Positions 9,640-22,495 of a stretch of DNA of 64,000 nt are shown here, one piece after another; within the stretch, counting starts at the first letter, position 1, and each line of letters opens with the position of its first letter. Below the pieces are notes generated by a model that saw only the letters and a program-made list of their open reading frames with translations, was not told the origin of the DNA and made no database searches. Location of the stretch: the NCBI GenBank assembly GCA_030740155.1, contig JASLXV010000038.1:32001-96000 (forward strand), read 5' to 3'. This DNA is from Dehalococcoidia bacterium. GTDB taxonomy: Bacteria; Chloroflexota; Dehalococcoidia; Lucifugimonadales; UBA3495. A program made the translations under genes and the position numbers.

Positions 9640-9677
9640 GGTGGGCGGAACTGGCCGGCCTGGGGGAGAGACCGTTG

Positions 9678-10718
9678 ATGGAAATCAGGCCGGTCCAGTG
9701 GATCGGCGGTAACCTGGCCCTCTTGGACCAGACAAGACTCCCATTGGAACGGATCACCCTGGAGGTGCGCCGTTACCAGGAGGCTGTCGAAGCCATCCGG
9801 CAGATGCAGGTGCGCGGCGCGCCGGCCATCGGAGTGACGGCGGCTTATGCCGTCGCCTTGGCAGCTCGCCAGATCGCCGCCGCCGGGGAGCAAGACTTCC
9901 TGGAGAAACTCCGGGAGGCGGCCGACGAAATCATTTCCGCTCGCCCCACCGCCGTCAACCTGCAATGGGCGGTCCACCGGATGCTGCGGGTGGCCGAGTC
10001 CGAATCCGGCGATCCGAGTGCCCGCCTGCTGGCCGAAGCTCAGCGGATGCAGGAGGAGGACGAGGCCATCAACCGCCGGATGGGCTGCCACGGCAAAGAG
10101 TTGATCCCGGACGGGGGCTCCGTCCTGACCCACTGCAACGCCGGCGCTCTGGCTACCGCGGGGTTCGGCACCGCCCTTGGGGTGATCCGGGCCGGCTGGG
10201 AAGCGGGCAAGCGGTTTCAGGTGTTCAACACCGAGACCCGTCCCTTTCTCCAGGGGGCACGGCTGACGGCCTGGGAGTTCCAGCAGCTGGGAATTCCGGC
10301 GACCCTGATCGTGGACTCGGCCGCCGGAATGCTGATGAATCAAGGCCGGATCGGCTGCGTTATCACCGGCGCCGACCGGATCGCCGCCAATGGGGACACG
10401 GCCAACAAGATCGGCACCTACTCCCTGGCCGTGTTGGCCAAGGAGAACGGCATCCCGTTCTACGTTGCGGCCCCAACGAGCACCGTCGACCTGAGCCTCG
10501 CAACCGGCAAGGAGATTCAGATCGAGGAGCGGCCCAGCGAGGAGGTCACTCACGTGCAGGGCGTGGCTACCACTCCTCCGGGGGTCGCGGTCATCAACCC
10601 GGCTTTCGACGTAACGCCCCACGGCTACGTGAGCGCGATAATCACCGAGTTTGGTGTGGCCCGGCCCCCCTTCCTGGAGAGCCTTTTGGAGGCGGCGGGC
10701 GGTGGTCATGCGGGGTAA
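9678..10718 (+). CDS. mtnA: S-methyl-5-thioribose-1-phosphate isomerase
   Basis: [63 protein letters not shown]. Confidence 0.96.
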   Translation: MEIRPVQWIGGNLALLDQTRLPLERITLEVRRYQEAVEAIRQMQVRGAPAIGVTAAYAVALAARQIAAAGEQDFLEKLREAADEIISARPTAVNLQWAVHRMLRVAESESGDPSARLLAEAQRMQEEDEAINRRMGCHGKELIPDGGSVLTHCNAGALATAGFGTALGVIRAGWEAGKRFQVFNTETRPFLQGARLTAWEFQQLGIPATLIVDSAAGMLMNQGRIGCVITGADRIAANGDTANKIGTYSLAVLAKENGIPFYVAAPTSTVDLSLATGKEIQIEERPSEEVTHVQGVATTPPGVAVINPAFDVTPHGYVSAIITEFGVARPPFLESLLEAAGGGHAG

Positions 10719-10755
10719 CCCGCGCCGGCCCAGCGCACCGACCGAGTAATATGTA

Positions 10756-11625
10756 ATGACCAAGAAAGAAGCAAGTATAGGCGTCATCGGCGGCAGCGGC
10801 CTCTACCAGATGGAGGGGCTGACCGGTGTCGTGTCTGTCGAACTGGACACGCCCTTCGGGAAGCCCAGCGATGCCATCGTCTTGGGATCGCTGGAGGGAG
10901 TGCCGGTGGCGTTTCTCCCCCGGCACGCCCGTGGACACCGGTTGAACCCTACCCAGATACCGGTGCGGGCCAACATCTACGCCCTGAAGAGCCTGGGTGT
11001 GGAGCGGATCATCTCGGTCAGCGCGGTGGGCAGCCTCAAGGAAGAGTTTGCTCCCCTGGACCTGGTGGTGCCCGATCAGTTGATCGACCGCACCCGGCTG
11101 CGGGAAAGCACTTTTTTCGACCAGGGAATAGTGGTCCACATCTCCGTTGCCGAGCCGTATTGCTCCGCCACCAGGCAGGTGATACACGACAGCGCCCAGG
11201 AGATGGGGATCCAAGCCCACTCCGGCGGGACCATGGTGGTGATGGAAGGCCCCGCGTTCTCCACCAAAGCCGAGTCTTTCATGTATCGATCCTGGGGCGC
11301 CGGCCTTATCGGGATGACGGCGCTCCCCGAGGCCAAGCTGGCCCGGGAGGCGGAGATTTGCTACGCCACCATGGCCTGGGTCACCGATTACGACTGCTGG
11401 CGGGAGAGCGAGGAAGCGGTCACGGCGGAGATGATCATAGAGACCCTGTTACAGAACGTGGCCACCTCGAAGGATCTGCTGCGTAAGGTCGTGCCGGTCC
11501 TAGCCGGTGAGCGGGACTGCCCCTGTGTGTCGGCGTTGAGTACCGCCATCATCACCCCCCCGGATAGTGTCCCGGAGGAGATCAAACGGAAGCTGGCCCC
11601 CATCGTGGGCAAGTATATGAGCTGA
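10756..11625 (+). CDS. mtnP: S-methyl-5'-thioadenosine phosphorylase
   Basis: IGVIGGSG, FLPRHARGH, RANIYALK, SAVGSL, EGPAFSTKAES, GMTALPEAKLARE, VTDYDCW. Confidence 0.95.
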   Translation: MTKKEASIGVIGGSGLYQMEGLTGVVSVELDTPFGKPSDAIVLGSLEGVPVAFLPRHARGHRLNPTQIPVRANIYALKSLGVERIISVSAVGSLKEEFAPLDLVVPDQLIDRTRLRESTFFDQGIVVHISVAEPYCSATRQVIHDSAQEMGIQAHSGGTMVVMEGPAFSTKAESFMYRSWGAGLIGMTALPEAKLAREAEICYATMAWVTDYDCWRESEEAVTAEMIIETLLQNVATSKDLLRKVVPVLAGERDCPCVSALSTAIITPPDSVPEEIKRKLAPIVGKYMS

Positions 11626-11645
11626 AGGTCCCAGAAGGAGAGGGA

Positions 11646-13336
<1,691 letters not shown>

Positions 13337-13363
13337 GTCCCAGTTCAACCAGGAGAAAAATGC

Positions 13364-14590
13364 ATGGCTTTACTGTTCAATGAATCCCCCAAGTATTTGC
13401 TGACCTCGGAGTCGGTCACCGAGGGTCATCCGGATAAGCTTTGCGACCAGATTTCCGACGGTGTGCTGGATGCGGTGCTGCGCACCGACCCGATGGGGAG
13501 GGTGGCCTGCGAGACCTGTGTCACCAACGGGCTTGTGGTGGTCATGGGTGAGATAACCACCTCGTCCTACGTGGACGTCCCGGAAATCGTCCGGGCAACC
13601 CTGCGCAACGCGGGGTATGTCAACGCCGACTACGGTATCGACTCCAAGAGCTGCGGGGTGTCCGTTTCCATCCAGGAGCAGTCCAAGGACATCAGCGCCG
13701 GGGTGAGCCGCGCCATCGAAGTTAGGGACCAAAGCCAGGACGGCCGCGAACAGGATTTGGACGCCACCGGCGCCGGTGACCAGGGAATGATGGTGGGGTT
13801 TGCCTGTAACGAGACGCCCGAGTTGATGCCCTTGACCGTGAGCCTGTCCCACAAGCTGGTCCATCGGCTGAGCAAGGTCCGCAAGGATGGGGTCCTGGGT
13901 TACCTGCGGCCCGACGGCAAGTCCCAGGTGACAGTGGAGTATCGCTTTGGCCTCCCGCACCGGGTTGACACGGTGGTAATTGCCGCCCAGCATGGCCCGG
14001 AGATCGGCAACGATCAACTGAAGAAAGACATCACCGAGCAGGTGATCCGCAAGGTGATACCGGCCGAATTGTTAGATGGCGACACCAAGATACACGTCAA
14101 CCCCAGTGGCCGGTTCGAGATCGGCGGCCCCGCCGGGGACACCGGGCTTACCGGCCGTAAGATTCTGGTGGATACCTACGGTGGCATCGCCCGCCATGGT
14201 GGCGGCGCCTTCTCGGGCAAAGACCCCACCAAGGTCGACCGCTCCGGCGCCTACGCTGCCCGTTACGTGGCCAAGAACCTGGTGGCCGCCGGGCTGGCCG
14301 ACCGAGCCGAGGTGATTGTGTCCTATGCCATTGGCATGGCTCACCCCATCTCGGTCTCGGTGGAGACGTTCGATACCAGCCACGTCGACAGAGAGACCAT
14401 CGACAAGCTGGTGGATAAGCACTTCGACCTGCGTCCCGCCGCCATCATTCGAGACCTGGACCTCCGCCGCCCCATCTACCAGCCGGTGGCCGCCTACGGC
14501 CACTTCGGCCGGGAAGAGCTGGGACTCAGTTGGGAGCGCACCGATAAAGCCGCCGCCCTCCGGGCGGATGCGGGATTGCCGGCCCGCTAG
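13364..14590 (+). CDS. metK: Methionine adenosyltransferase
   Basis: [42 protein letters not shown]. Confidence 0.98.
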   Translation: MALLFNESPKYLLTSESVTEGHPDKLCDQISDGVLDAVLRTDPMGRVACETCVTNGLVVVMGEITTSSYVDVPEIVRATLRNAGYVNADYGIDSKSCGVSVSIQEQSKDISAGVSRAIEVRDQSQDGREQDLDATGAGDQGMMVGFACNETPELMPLTVSLSHKLVHRLSKVRKDGVLGYLRPDGKSQVTVEYRFGLPHRVDTVVIAAQHGPEIGNDQLKKDITEQVIRKVIPAELLDGDTKIHVNPSGRFEIGGPAGDTGLTGRKILVDTYGGIARHGGGAFSGKDPTKVDRSGAYAARYVAKNLVAAGLADRAEVIVSYAIGMAHPISVSVETFDTSHVDRETIDKLVDKHFDLRPAAIIRDLDLRRPIYQPVAAYGHFGREELGLSWERTDKAAALRADAGLPAR

Positions 14591-14870
14591 ACCCCTGGCC
14601 TGCCATCGTGGCGTGCGCACCCTGGGGCCGGTCAGCGGCCATGTGGTATTTCTTGCGCCGCCGGGGTGGGATAGCCCGGTGCGAACGCGGCAGAACTCGT
14701 ACCCGGTGGGTCTAGTCACGAGCGGATTCAACCCCGTTCGCCCTCCCCTGGTGAGTGCGGCCACGGTCACCGCGCCAAGAGCTTTTGGAATCCGAACCCG
14801 CTTGAGGCGGGCTTGGTCCCAGTGCCCGGATTAGCCAGGCCGGGCCACTCGCACCTTAGGGGCAGCCACG

Positions 14871-15290
14871 TTGACGGAAAATTCTTTCCCGGAAACCCAA
14901 CGTTTCCTTGCGGTCATGGAGCGGACCATGGAGTTGGTAGGCCAGGGCGTTCCCCGCGGCTCCCTCCGTGAAGTGGCCAAGGTGTTCCATACCCTGTGCT
15001 GGAGGTTTCCGGACAACGGCGTCGAAATGTACTTTCTGGTGGACGACGACGGCGGCGTGAGTTCCGCCACCGACTGGACCGGTTCGGTGGACGGCGTCAT
15101 CACCTTGGACGCGGCCGTGTTCCACGCCGCCGCTTTCGGCAAGGCAAATCTCGCCACCGCAATGCTGATGGGCAAGCTGCGGATCAGCGGCATATCCGTC
15201 TTGCATCTGGGCAAGTTCGCTCCGCTCCTCAAGCCCTTCCAGAGCAGCTACCGGCAGGCATGGACTGAAGTGAATGAACCCGCCGCCTGA
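14871..15290 (+). CDS. SCP2 sterol/lipid-binding domain-like protein
   Basis: C-terminal VDGVITLDAAVF..AAFGKANLATAMLMGKLRISG pattern typical of SCP2; start uncertain. Confidence 0.7.
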   Translation: MTENSFPETQRFLAVMERTMELVGQGVPRGSLREVAKVFHTLCWRFPDNGVEMYFLVDDDGGVSSATDWTGSVDGVITLDAAVFHAAAFGKANLATAMLMGKLRISGISVLHLGKFAPLLKPFQSSYRQAWTEVNEPAA

Positions 15291-16302
15291 ACCGCGATTC
15301 GTTCAAGAGGCGGATGCGGACCTGGGAACATTGGAAGGCAGGCGCATCGCCACTGTGGGCTACGGCAACCTGGGCCGGTCTCTTTCCCTCAACCTGAGAG
15401 ACAGCGCCACGGCCCCCGTCGTCGTGGGGGAGATCCCGGGCCCTTCCTGGGACCGGGCCGCGGCCGACGGGTTCACCGTCACCCCGGCCTCAAACGCCGC
15501 CGCCGAGTCCGACATCGTTTTCGTGCTCCTGCCCGATGAGGTGGCGCCCAATGTTTACCAGCGGGAGTTGGCGCCGGCGATCCGTCCGGGGAGCGCCCTG
15601 GTGTTTGCGTCGGGATACAGCCTGGCCTTTGGTCAAATCCAGCCCGCCCGGGATCTGGACGTGCTTCTCATTGCCCCCCGCATGATGGGCGTCGCCGTTC
15701 GGGACCTGTACCGGAAGGGCCTGGGATTCCCGGCCTTCGTTTCCCTGGAGCAGGATGCCACCGGCCAGGGGTGGCCGGTTCTTTGCGCCCTGGCCAAGGC
15801 GGTCGGCTCCCTTCGGACCGGGGCCCTGGTGGTCAGCGCGGCCCAAGAAGCCCACCTTGACCTTTTCGTGGAGCAGACGGTGGGTCCGGACCTGGGCAGC
15901 GCCATTCTCACCGCTTTCCAGGTGGGCGTGGAGGCCGGCTTGCCGCCGGAGGCCTTGCTGCTGGAGCTGTACATGTCCGGAGAGATGGGAAAAACCTTTC
16001 AAGCTATGGCCGATCTGGGGTTCTTCGAGCAGGTGAAGCTTCACGGTTTCGCCGCCGCTTTCGGGGGGCTGGTCCGTTTTATGAGCCTGGACCGGGAGTC
16101 CCAGGAACGCGGATACCGGGAGGTGCTCCGAGACATTATGGACGGGGGCTTCGCCGAGGCGCTGCAAGCGGAGGCCGAATCCGGATTCCCTTCCCAGGGA
16201 TTGCTGGACCAGATGCTGGATGGTGACAACCCCATCAGCCAGGCCGAGAAGCGCGTTCACAGCATGATGCGGCTGAGTGGTAGACCCAAGGGTAGAAGTT
16301 AA
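15274..16302 (+). CDS. Divergent ketol-acid reductoisomerase (IlvC-like)
   Basis: DADLGTLEGRRIATVGYGNLG, LNLRDS, LLPDE, FASGYS, IAPRMMG, EAHLDLFVEQ. Confidence 0.85.
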   Translation: MNPPPEPRFVQEADADLGTLEGRRIATVGYGNLGRSLSLNLRDSATAPVVVGEIPGPSWDRAAADGFTVTPASNAAAESDIVFVLLPDEVAPNVYQRELAPAIRPGSALVFASGYSLAFGQIQPARDLDVLLIAPRMMGVAVRDLYRKGLGFPAFVSLEQDATGQGWPVLCALAKAVGSLRTGALVVSAAQEAHLDLFVEQTVGPDLGSAILTAFQVGVEAGLPPEALLLELYMSGEMGKTFQAMADLGFFEQVKLHGFAAAFGGLVRFMSLDRESQERGYREVLRDIMDGGFAEALQAEAESGFPSQGLLDQMLDGDNPISQAEKRVHSMMRLSGRPKGRS

Positions 16303-16725
16303 ACCCGTCGACCCCTTACCAACGCCTCTATGGGGCTCTGAGCTGGGTCCACGGGCGTGCTGGGACCGGCCCCGGTCACCGCTCCGCCCTGGGGAGACCC
16401 GCAGTGAGCCTGGACCCATCTCCCCAGACCCCTCGCTTCCCTCGGGGTGACATGCTCAGGGTACTGTGTCGACATAACCAGGATAATTCTTGAGGCAAGA
16501 CCTCACCGGCGTACCCGGAACACTCAGAGCCAGGCACATTTCTAATCCTGCATCCCGGTGCTCTCCGGAGTCTCAGCGGCTTTGTCAGGAGATCGTAGCG
16601 GATGCCCGTCAACCGCAGGCGACTGGGCTTCCGCGGTACTCTATCCGTGAGAGGAAATGGTTGAGCAATCTCGGGTTGCTCTATAATCAACTTGCGGGAA
16701 CCAAGCGACCAGGGGGGAGGCTGCT

Positions 16726-18141
16726 ATGGTGAAGGACATCCGTTTCGGGACTGACGGCTGGCGGGCCATTATTGCCGAGGACTTCACGTTCGCGAACGTG
16801 GCCCGCTGCGCTCAGGGGCTGGCTGACTTTTTGAAGAGCCGCGGCACGGCGGAGCAGGGGCTGGTCGTCGGCTACGACACGCGCTTTCTGTCGCGTCAAT
16901 TCGCCGAGAAGGTGGCCGGCGTATGCGCCGGAAACGGCGTCAAGGTCTACCTGGCTCGAGAAGCGGCGCCGACCCCGGTAATCAGCTTCAACGTTCTGGA
17001 GCACAGGGCGGGCGGCGCGGCAATCCTCACCGCCAGCCACAACCCCGCCATCTGGAACGGCTTCAAGTTCAAACCCGAATACGCGGGCAGCGCGACCCAG
17101 GAGATAACCGACCGGCTCGAGGACGCCATCGCCGCCACGGGAGAGATCCAGGACGTTTCGCTGGAGCGGGCTCGGGGGCAAGGCCTGGTGGTCGACATCG
17201 ATCCGGCACCGCCCTACCTGGAGCGGATCGGCGAGCTGGTAGATTTGCGGGCTATAAGAAACGCGGGGCTGAGAGTCGCGGTGGACGCGATGTTCGGCTC
17301 CGGCGGCGGCTACCTGCCTGCCCTGATATCCGGGGGAAGTACGACTGTCGAGGAAATGAACGGGCTTCCAAACCCGGCCTTCCCGGGAATGGAGCAGCCG
17401 GAGCCAATCGCTCACAACTTGACCCGCCTTATCGAAAAGATCAAGGCCGGAGGCGTGTCCGTGGGACTGGCCCTGGACGGCGACGCCGACCGCATTGGTG
17501 TGGTGGACGAGGATGGGCGGTTCGTCACCACCCTGGAAGTGTTTTCCGTCCTCGCCCTGTACCTCCTGGAGCACAAGGCCCAGCGAGGCCCGCTGGTGAA
17601 AGGCGTCACCTCTTCGATGATGCTCAATAAACTGGGCCGCAAGTTCGGGGTGGACGTACATGAGATGCGGGTTGGCTTCAAGTACATCGGCCCCAAAATG
17701 ACCGAGGTCGATGCCGTGATGGGGGGAGAGGAGAGCGGCGGGTTTGCCTTCCGGGGACATATCCCCGAGCGGGACGGCGTCCTCAGCGGCTTGTATCTGC
17801 TGGAGTACATGGCCCAGACCGGCAAGACCCCGGCCGAGCTGGTGAACCACTTGTTTGACCAGGTCGGCATCCATAGCTACAGCCGGAGGGACGTGTCGTT
17901 TGATCCCAAGGACCGGGGGCGGATTGAGGAACGTCTGCGGAGCGAGGAGCTGTCCGAGCTGGCGGGGATGCCGGTGAGGTCATCCGACGAGATCGATGGG
18001 CGCCGTCTGGTCTTCGATGACGCCTGGCTGGTATCCCGGTTTTCGGGCACCGAGCCGTTGCTGCGGATCTACGCCGAAGCCGCCGGCCCAGACAAGGTGG
18101 AGGCCTTGCTGAACGCGGCGGCTGAATACCTGGGGGTGTAA
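16726..18141 (+). CDS. Phosphoglucomutase/phosphomannomutase family protein
   Basis: FGTDGWR, TASHNP, DGDADR, GGEESGG, RFSGTEPLLRIYAE. Confidence 0.95.
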   Translation: MVKDIRFGTDGWRAIIAEDFTFANVARCAQGLADFLKSRGTAEQGLVVGYDTRFLSRQFAEKVAGVCAGNGVKVYLAREAAPTPVISFNVLEHRAGGAAILTASHNPAIWNGFKFKPEYAGSATQEITDRLEDAIAATGEIQDVSLERARGQGLVVDIDPAPPYLERIGELVDLRAIRNAGLRVAVDAMFGSGGGYLPALISGGSTTVEEMNGLPNPAFPGMEQPEPIAHNLTRLIEKIKAGGVSVGLALDGDADRIGVVDEDGRFVTTLEVFSVLALYLLEHKAQRGPLVKGVTSSMMLNKLGRKFGVDVHEMRVGFKYIGPKMTEVDAVMGGEESGGFAFRGHIPERDGVLSGLYLLEYMAQTGKTPAELVNHLFDQVGIHSYSRRDVSFDPKDRGRIEERLRSEELSELAGMPVRSSDEIDGRRLVFDDAWLVSRFSGTEPLLRIYAEAAGPDKVEALLNAAAEYLGV

Positions 18142-18146
18142 GCGGC

Positions 18147-18566
18147 TTACCGCTTGGTGTACTGAGGCGCGCGGCGGGCCCGCTTGAGGCCGTATTTCTT
18201 GCTTTCTTTGATCCGGGCGTCCCGGGTGATGAAACCGGCGCGGCGAAGGCCGGCTTTAAGCGTCTCGTCGTAGACCACCAGCGCGCGGGAAATCCCGTGG
18301 CGGATGGCCTCCGCCTGGGAGTTCACTCCACCGCCCTGGACCCGGACGGCCACCTGGAACCGGTTGACGGTTTCGGTAATCCGGAAGGGCTCGGTGATGA
18401 TGCCCTGCCATGGCTTCCAGTTGAAATACTCGTCCATGGGCTTGCCATTGACCAGGATGGTGCCGCCCTCGTCCGGATAGAGCCGAATCTTGGCGATGGA
18501 AGTCTTCCGTTTGCCCGTTCCGTAGTAATACGCTTGTTCAGTTGAAGCCCGTACCAACGTGGCCAC
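18147..18566 (-). CDS. rpsI: 30S ribosomal protein S9
   Basis: GTGKRKTS, GGGVNSQAEAIRHGISRAL, KKYGLKRARRAPQYTKR. Confidence 0.97.
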   Translation of the reverse strand: MATLVRASTEQAYYYGTGKRKTSIAKIRLYPDEGGTILVNGKPMDEYFNWKPWQGIITEPFRITETVNRFQVAVRVQGGGVNSQAEAIRHGISRALVVYDETLKAGLRRAGFITRDARIKESKKYGLKRARRAPQYTKR

Positions 18567-19013
18567 CTATCCTTCGTCCTGATTTTGTCCGGGAGCCGCC
18601 TGAGCCTCATGGGGATGGTCGGCCCCGGCGTATACCTTCAAGCGCCGGAGCATCTGGCGCCCCTGGTGGTTGCGGGGAAGCATGCCCTTGACCGCCAGTT
18701 CAATAACCCTCTCGGGGTGATTTTCCAGCACGGTCCGCAGCTGAAAAGACTTGAGATTGCCCACGTAGCCACTGTGCCGGTAGTACATCTTTTGTTCCAG
18801 CTTGTCGCCGGTGACCCGGATCTTGGAGGCGTTGAGAACCACCACGAAGTCTCCGGTGAGAACGTGGGGCGTGTAGGAACTCTTGTCTTTACCCTGCAAG
18901 GCTACGGAGATATTGCGGGCAAATCGGCCCAGAATCTGGCCGGTAGCGTCCATCACCCGCCAATTGGCGGGAATCTCGTCGTTCTTGGGGAAGTAGGTGC
19001 TGGCCCTTTTCAT
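18567..19013 (-). CDS. rplM: 50S ribosomal protein L13
   Basis: DATGQILGR, YTPHVLTGD, YYRHSGY, AVKGMLP, LKVYAG. Confidence 0.97.
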   Translation of the reverse strand: MKRASTYFPKNDEIPANWRVMDATGQILGRFARNISVALQGKDKSSYTPHVLTGDFVVVLNASKIRVTGDKLEQKMYYRHSGYVGNLKSFQLRTVLENHPERVIELAVKGMLPRNHQGRQMLRRLKVYAGADHPHEAQAAPGQNQDEG

Positions 19014-19284
19014 TGGTTACTTCACTTCTCCGTCCGTTTACCGGGTACCGGTTCACAGTGTAACCCAGGTTGGCGGAAACTTAAACTGGCTGGGTGTCCA
19101 ATCTCGCGCCCGATCATCGTCCGTCTGCCGCCGGGCGGGCGAACCGGATACGGCGCCGGCCGTTGGAGCGGGGTCGAGGCCGGTCGTCTCGCAGACTCTC
19201 CGACAACTGGAAAGCCTGGAGCGGCGGTGTGGATTTTCTGGCGGTCCCGTGGGCGGGACACCATCCGGATGTCACGGTTTTCGA

Positions 19285-20199
19285 TCACAGTCCCGGCCCC
19301 GTTCCGCACCCGACGGGCGAAGAAGACTGACCGGCAGCCGCGGCGGGACGAGAAGGAGCCCGGTAGGTCACCTTCATCAAACACAATCCATGAGCCGGCG
19401 CCTGAGGGCACGCCAGCCGAAGGGGCAGTGTCCCCTCCAGGGCGTTCTTCACGGTGCTATTCGGGAGCCGGCCCTTCCCGACCTCGAGCAAGAGGCCGTT
19501 GGCCCTCCGAATCTGATGTCTCAAGAACCCGTTGGCCTCGCACTCGATGATAACCGTGTCGTCTTCTCGCCAGACCTCCCAGCGGTGCACCCGCCGGACG
19601 GAGCTTTTTTCCGGAGGTAGACCCACGGCGAACCAACGGAAGTCGTGGTCACCCACCAGGCCCTGGGCCGCGGCGGCCATTTCGGGGACCTGCAGCTCGT
19701 TTCTGACCCAATAGTGGGTATGGCGTCGCAGCGGCGAGGGCCACGGCCGGTTGAGGATGTGGTACCGGTAGGTGCGGCTAACCGCGTCCCTTCGGGAGTG
19801 AAACTCGGGTGACACTTCCCAAGCGGATTGGACCTCGATATCGTTGGGTAAGTAGTGGTTCAGCGCCCTCGGAAAGCGGTCCACCGGGTGGGCGCTACGG
19901 GTGGGGAAGTCGACGACCTGGCCCAGGGCGTGGGCACCAGAATCGGTCCGGCTGGCGCCTCGGATGCGAACCGGTTCACCGGTGAAACGGGCGAGCCCCC
20001 GCTCTATCTCACCCTGGATTGTAGGCTGTTCGGCCTGGAGTTGAAATCCCATGTACTTGCTTCCGTCGTATTCCACTACCAGGGCCAGCCGGCGTGTTGG
20101 AGCCGACGCCGATCCACCCGGCGCCCCATTGCAATACAAGGGCTCGGGAGAGTTGGTAGCCCCCGCAGGGGTAGTCTGTCGATTATCTTGGCTTTGCAT
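19285..20199 (-). CDS. truA: tRNA pseudouridine(38-40) synthase
   Basis: EYDGSKYMGFQ, ASRTDSGAHA, GDHDF, ANGFLRHQIR, APAHGLCL; start uncertain. Confidence 0.93.
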   Translation of the reverse strand: MQSQDNRQTTPAGATNSPEPLYCNGAPGGSASAPTRRLALVVEYDGSKYMGFQLQAEQPTIQGEIERGLARFTGEPVRIRGASRTDSGAHALGQVVDFPTRSAHPVDRFPRALNHYLPNDIEVQSAWEVSPEFHSRRDAVSRTYRYHILNRPWPSPLRRHTHYWVRNELQVPEMAAAAQGLVGDHDFRWFAVGLPPEKSSVRRVHRWEVWREDDTVIIECEANGFLRHQIRRANGLLLEVGKGRLPNSTVKNALEGTLPLRLACPQAPAHGLCLMKVTYRAPSRPAAAAGQSSSPVGCGTGPGL

Positions 20200-20307
20200 A
20201 GCGTGGCCGAGAGGAATTTGCCTCGCTAAATCCGGAGGCGTTCCCCGCCCGCTTCCGGGTAAGGGAGTGGGCTTCGGGCCTGTTGCATCCTCGGAGAGGC
20301 AGCGGCG

Positions 20308-20661
20308 CTAGACCAATTCGATCATGGCCATCAATGCGGCGTCGCCCTGGCGTGGCCCCAGTTTGATGATTCGGGTGTAGCCCCCGGCCCGCTCGGTATA
20401 CCTGGGAGCCACGTCATCGAACACCTTTTTCACCACCTTCGTGTTCGGCACCTGGGCCAGCGCCAGCCGCCGGTGATGCAGCGTCCCCTTCTTGCCGTGG
20501 GTTATGAGTTTTTCGGCGACCACCCGGGTCTCTTTTGCCTTGGCCAGAGTAGTGGTGATGCGCTCATGGCGGATCAACTCGACCACGAGCCCCCTGAGCA
20601 AGGCGCGGCGCTGGTCACGCCGCCGGCTCAGTTTTCTGCCTGTTACTCGATGAGATGCCAT
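20308..20661 (-). CDS. rplQ: 50S ribosomal protein L17
   Basis: [27 protein letters not shown]. Confidence 0.97.
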   Translation of the reverse strand: MASHRVTGRKLSRRRDQRRALLRGLVVELIRHERITTTLAKAKETRVVAEKLITHGKKGTLHHRRLALAQVPNTKVVKKVFDDVAPRYTERAGGYTRIIKLGPRQGDAALMAMIELV

Positions 20662-20672
20662 GGTTAGTTGGG

Positions 20673-21851
20673 TTACTCCTCGTCCTCGGATTCCGCCGGC
20701 CGGTCGGCCTGGTCGTCCTCATTTTCCTCTGGCCCGGAGGGGTCTTCCATGTCCACGTCCTGCTCCGCCGGCGGAGCGTCTCCAACGCCGATAAGGTTTT
20801 GGATGTCCTCGGACGATAGTTCGGAGACCGCTTCTTGCGGCCCGGCGTCGGCGTCGGCCTCGGGTTCAGTTTGCGCGGAGGGGTGGGGCGCGATGCCACG
20901 CTCGGCCAGCTTCTCCCGCAACTCAACCAGGGACTTCTCGCCGAAGTTGCGAATCTTGAGGAGTTCGTCGTCGGACAACTCCAAGATTTCGCCCACTTTG
21001 GTGATGTGGCCCCGCTTGAGGCAGTTGAGGGTTCTGGGCGAGAGTTCCAACCTTTCGATGGGGGTTTGGTAAATCTCCGGAGAGACAATCATGGAGGGGC
21101 GTTCCACCCCGGCTTCCGTCGCCCGGTCCAGGTTGGTGAACAGGAAGAAGTGGGAGACCAGGGTGTCGGCCGCCTCCCTTACCGCCTCCACCGGCTTGAT
21201 GGTGCCGTCGGTCCATACTTCCAAGACCAACCGTTCGTAGTCGGTAATCTGACCGACCCGGGTACGCTCGACGCTGTAGTTCACCTTTCGCACCGGGCTG
21301 AAGATGGCATCCACCGGCAGGACTCCGACGGGAGGAGCGGAGGGCCCGTCCATCTGGGTTGCCGGCTGGTATCCCACCCCCTGTTCCACGTTGAACTCGA
21401 TGGAAAGGCGAGCGCTGTCGGAGTCCAGCGTTGCCAGGTGAAGCTCGGGGTTCACGATCTCGAAATCGCTGGAAGTGGAGATATCCCCCGCGCAGACGCG
21501 CCCTTCGCCGGCCACGTCCAGCCGCATCTTCCCGGCCCGTTCCGATTGGGCCCGGACCCGGATCCTTTTGATGTTGAGGAGGAGTTCCATCACCTCTTCC
21601 TTGACTCCGGTGATGGCGCCGTACTCGTGGACCACATCGTCGATCTTGACCCAGGTAATTGCGCTGCCGTTTGTGGAGCTGAGCAGTATCCGGCGCAAGG
21701 GGTTGCCGATGGTCAGGCCGAAACCCCGTTGCAGGGGTTCCACTGCCACTTTTCCGTAGGTGTCCTCCGACTCCAATACGTGGACGTCGGGTTTGAGTGT
21801 TTCTGGTCCTGCCTCGGCTTCTGCCGGAGGCAGGAGAAAGGTTTCTAGCAT
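20673..21851 (-). CDS. rpoA: RNA polymerase subunit alpha (with acidic C-terminal tail)
   Basis: [50 protein letters not shown]. Confidence 0.97.
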   Translation of the reverse strand: MLETFLLPPAEAEAGPETLKPDVHVLESEDTYGKVAVEPLQRGFGLTIGNPLRRILLSSTNGSAITWVKIDDVVHEYGAITGVKEEVMELLLNIKRIRVRAQSERAGKMRLDVAGEGRVCAGDISTSSDFEIVNPELHLATLDSDSARLSIEFNVEQGVGYQPATQMDGPSAPPVGVLPVDAIFSPVRKVNYSVERTRVGQITDYERLVLEVWTDGTIKPVEAVREAADTLVSHFFLFTNLDRATEAGVERPSMIVSPEIYQTPIERLELSPRTLNCLKRGHITKVGEILELSDDELLKIRNFGEKSLVELREKLAERGIAPHPSAQTEPEADADAGPQEAVSELSSEDIQNLIGVGDAPPAEQDVDMEDPSGPEENEDDQADRPAESEDEE

Positions 21852-21859
21852 CAGGCTTG

Positions 21860-22486
21860 TTACCTCGAGTAAAACTCCACGATCAACCGTGAGTCGATAG
21901 TTTGCAGTAGGTCTTCATCGGCCGGCACGGACATGATTCGGCCACTGACCTCCGACGTATTCAAATCAATCCAGGCGGGTACCGGGCGCTTGGGCAAGCC
22001 GTCGGTGCGCTCCTTGAAGAAATCCGTCGATTTGACCGACTCTTTCCAGGAGATAACATCGCCGACCTTCACCTGATAGGAGGGAATGTCGGTTTTTGTT
22101 CCGTTGACCCGGAAATGGCCGTGCATCACGAATTGGCGGGCCTGCTTGCGCGAGTCGGCAAAGCACATCAAAAAGATGACGTTGTCCAGCCGGCGTTCCA
22201 GGGTTCGGAGCAGGTTGAAGCCGGTGATTCCCGGCGCGTTGAAAGCCTGGGACATATACCGGCGGAACTGGGACTCCAGCACGCCGTATATTTGTTTGGC
22301 CTTCTGCTTCTCCCGCAGGTGGACACCATAGTCGGAGGGTCGCCGGCGCCGGCGGCTCTGGTCGCCCGGGGGGGCTCGGCGGCGTTCGAATGCGCAACGG
22401 GGGGTGAAGCAACGGTCCCCCTTGAGAAAGAGCTTTTCCCCGGCCCGGCGGCACAGCCGGCAGTTAGGTCCTGTGTATCTACCCAT
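21860..22486 (-). CDS. rpsD: 30S ribosomal protein S4 (Cys-containing type)
   Basis: MGRYTGPNCRLCRR, LREKQK, LERRLDN, LIVEFYSR. Confidence 0.97.
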   Translation of the reverse strand: MGRYTGPNCRLCRRAGEKLFLKGDRCFTPRCAFERRRAPPGDQSRRRRRPSDYGVHLREKQKAKQIYGVLESQFRRYMSQAFNAPGITGFNLLRTLERRLDNVIFLMCFADSRKQARQFVMHGHFRVNGTKTDIPSYQVKVGDVISWKESVKSTDFFKERTDGLPKRPVPAWIDLNTSEVSGRIMSVPADEDLLQTIDSRLIVEFYSR

Positions 22487-22495
22487 ACGGTTAGC

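Noticed and set aside
9543..9677. N-terminal extension of MtnA in the ORF track
   Set aside because: It overlaps the SAM-I aptamer and terminator; ATG 9678 has a purine-rich RBS and fits the family start
14591..14870. ncRNA after metK; ribosomal leaders at 19014-19284 and 27272-27451 were also examined
   Set aside because: Only short GC hairpins were seen, with no motif I can support without a covariance search
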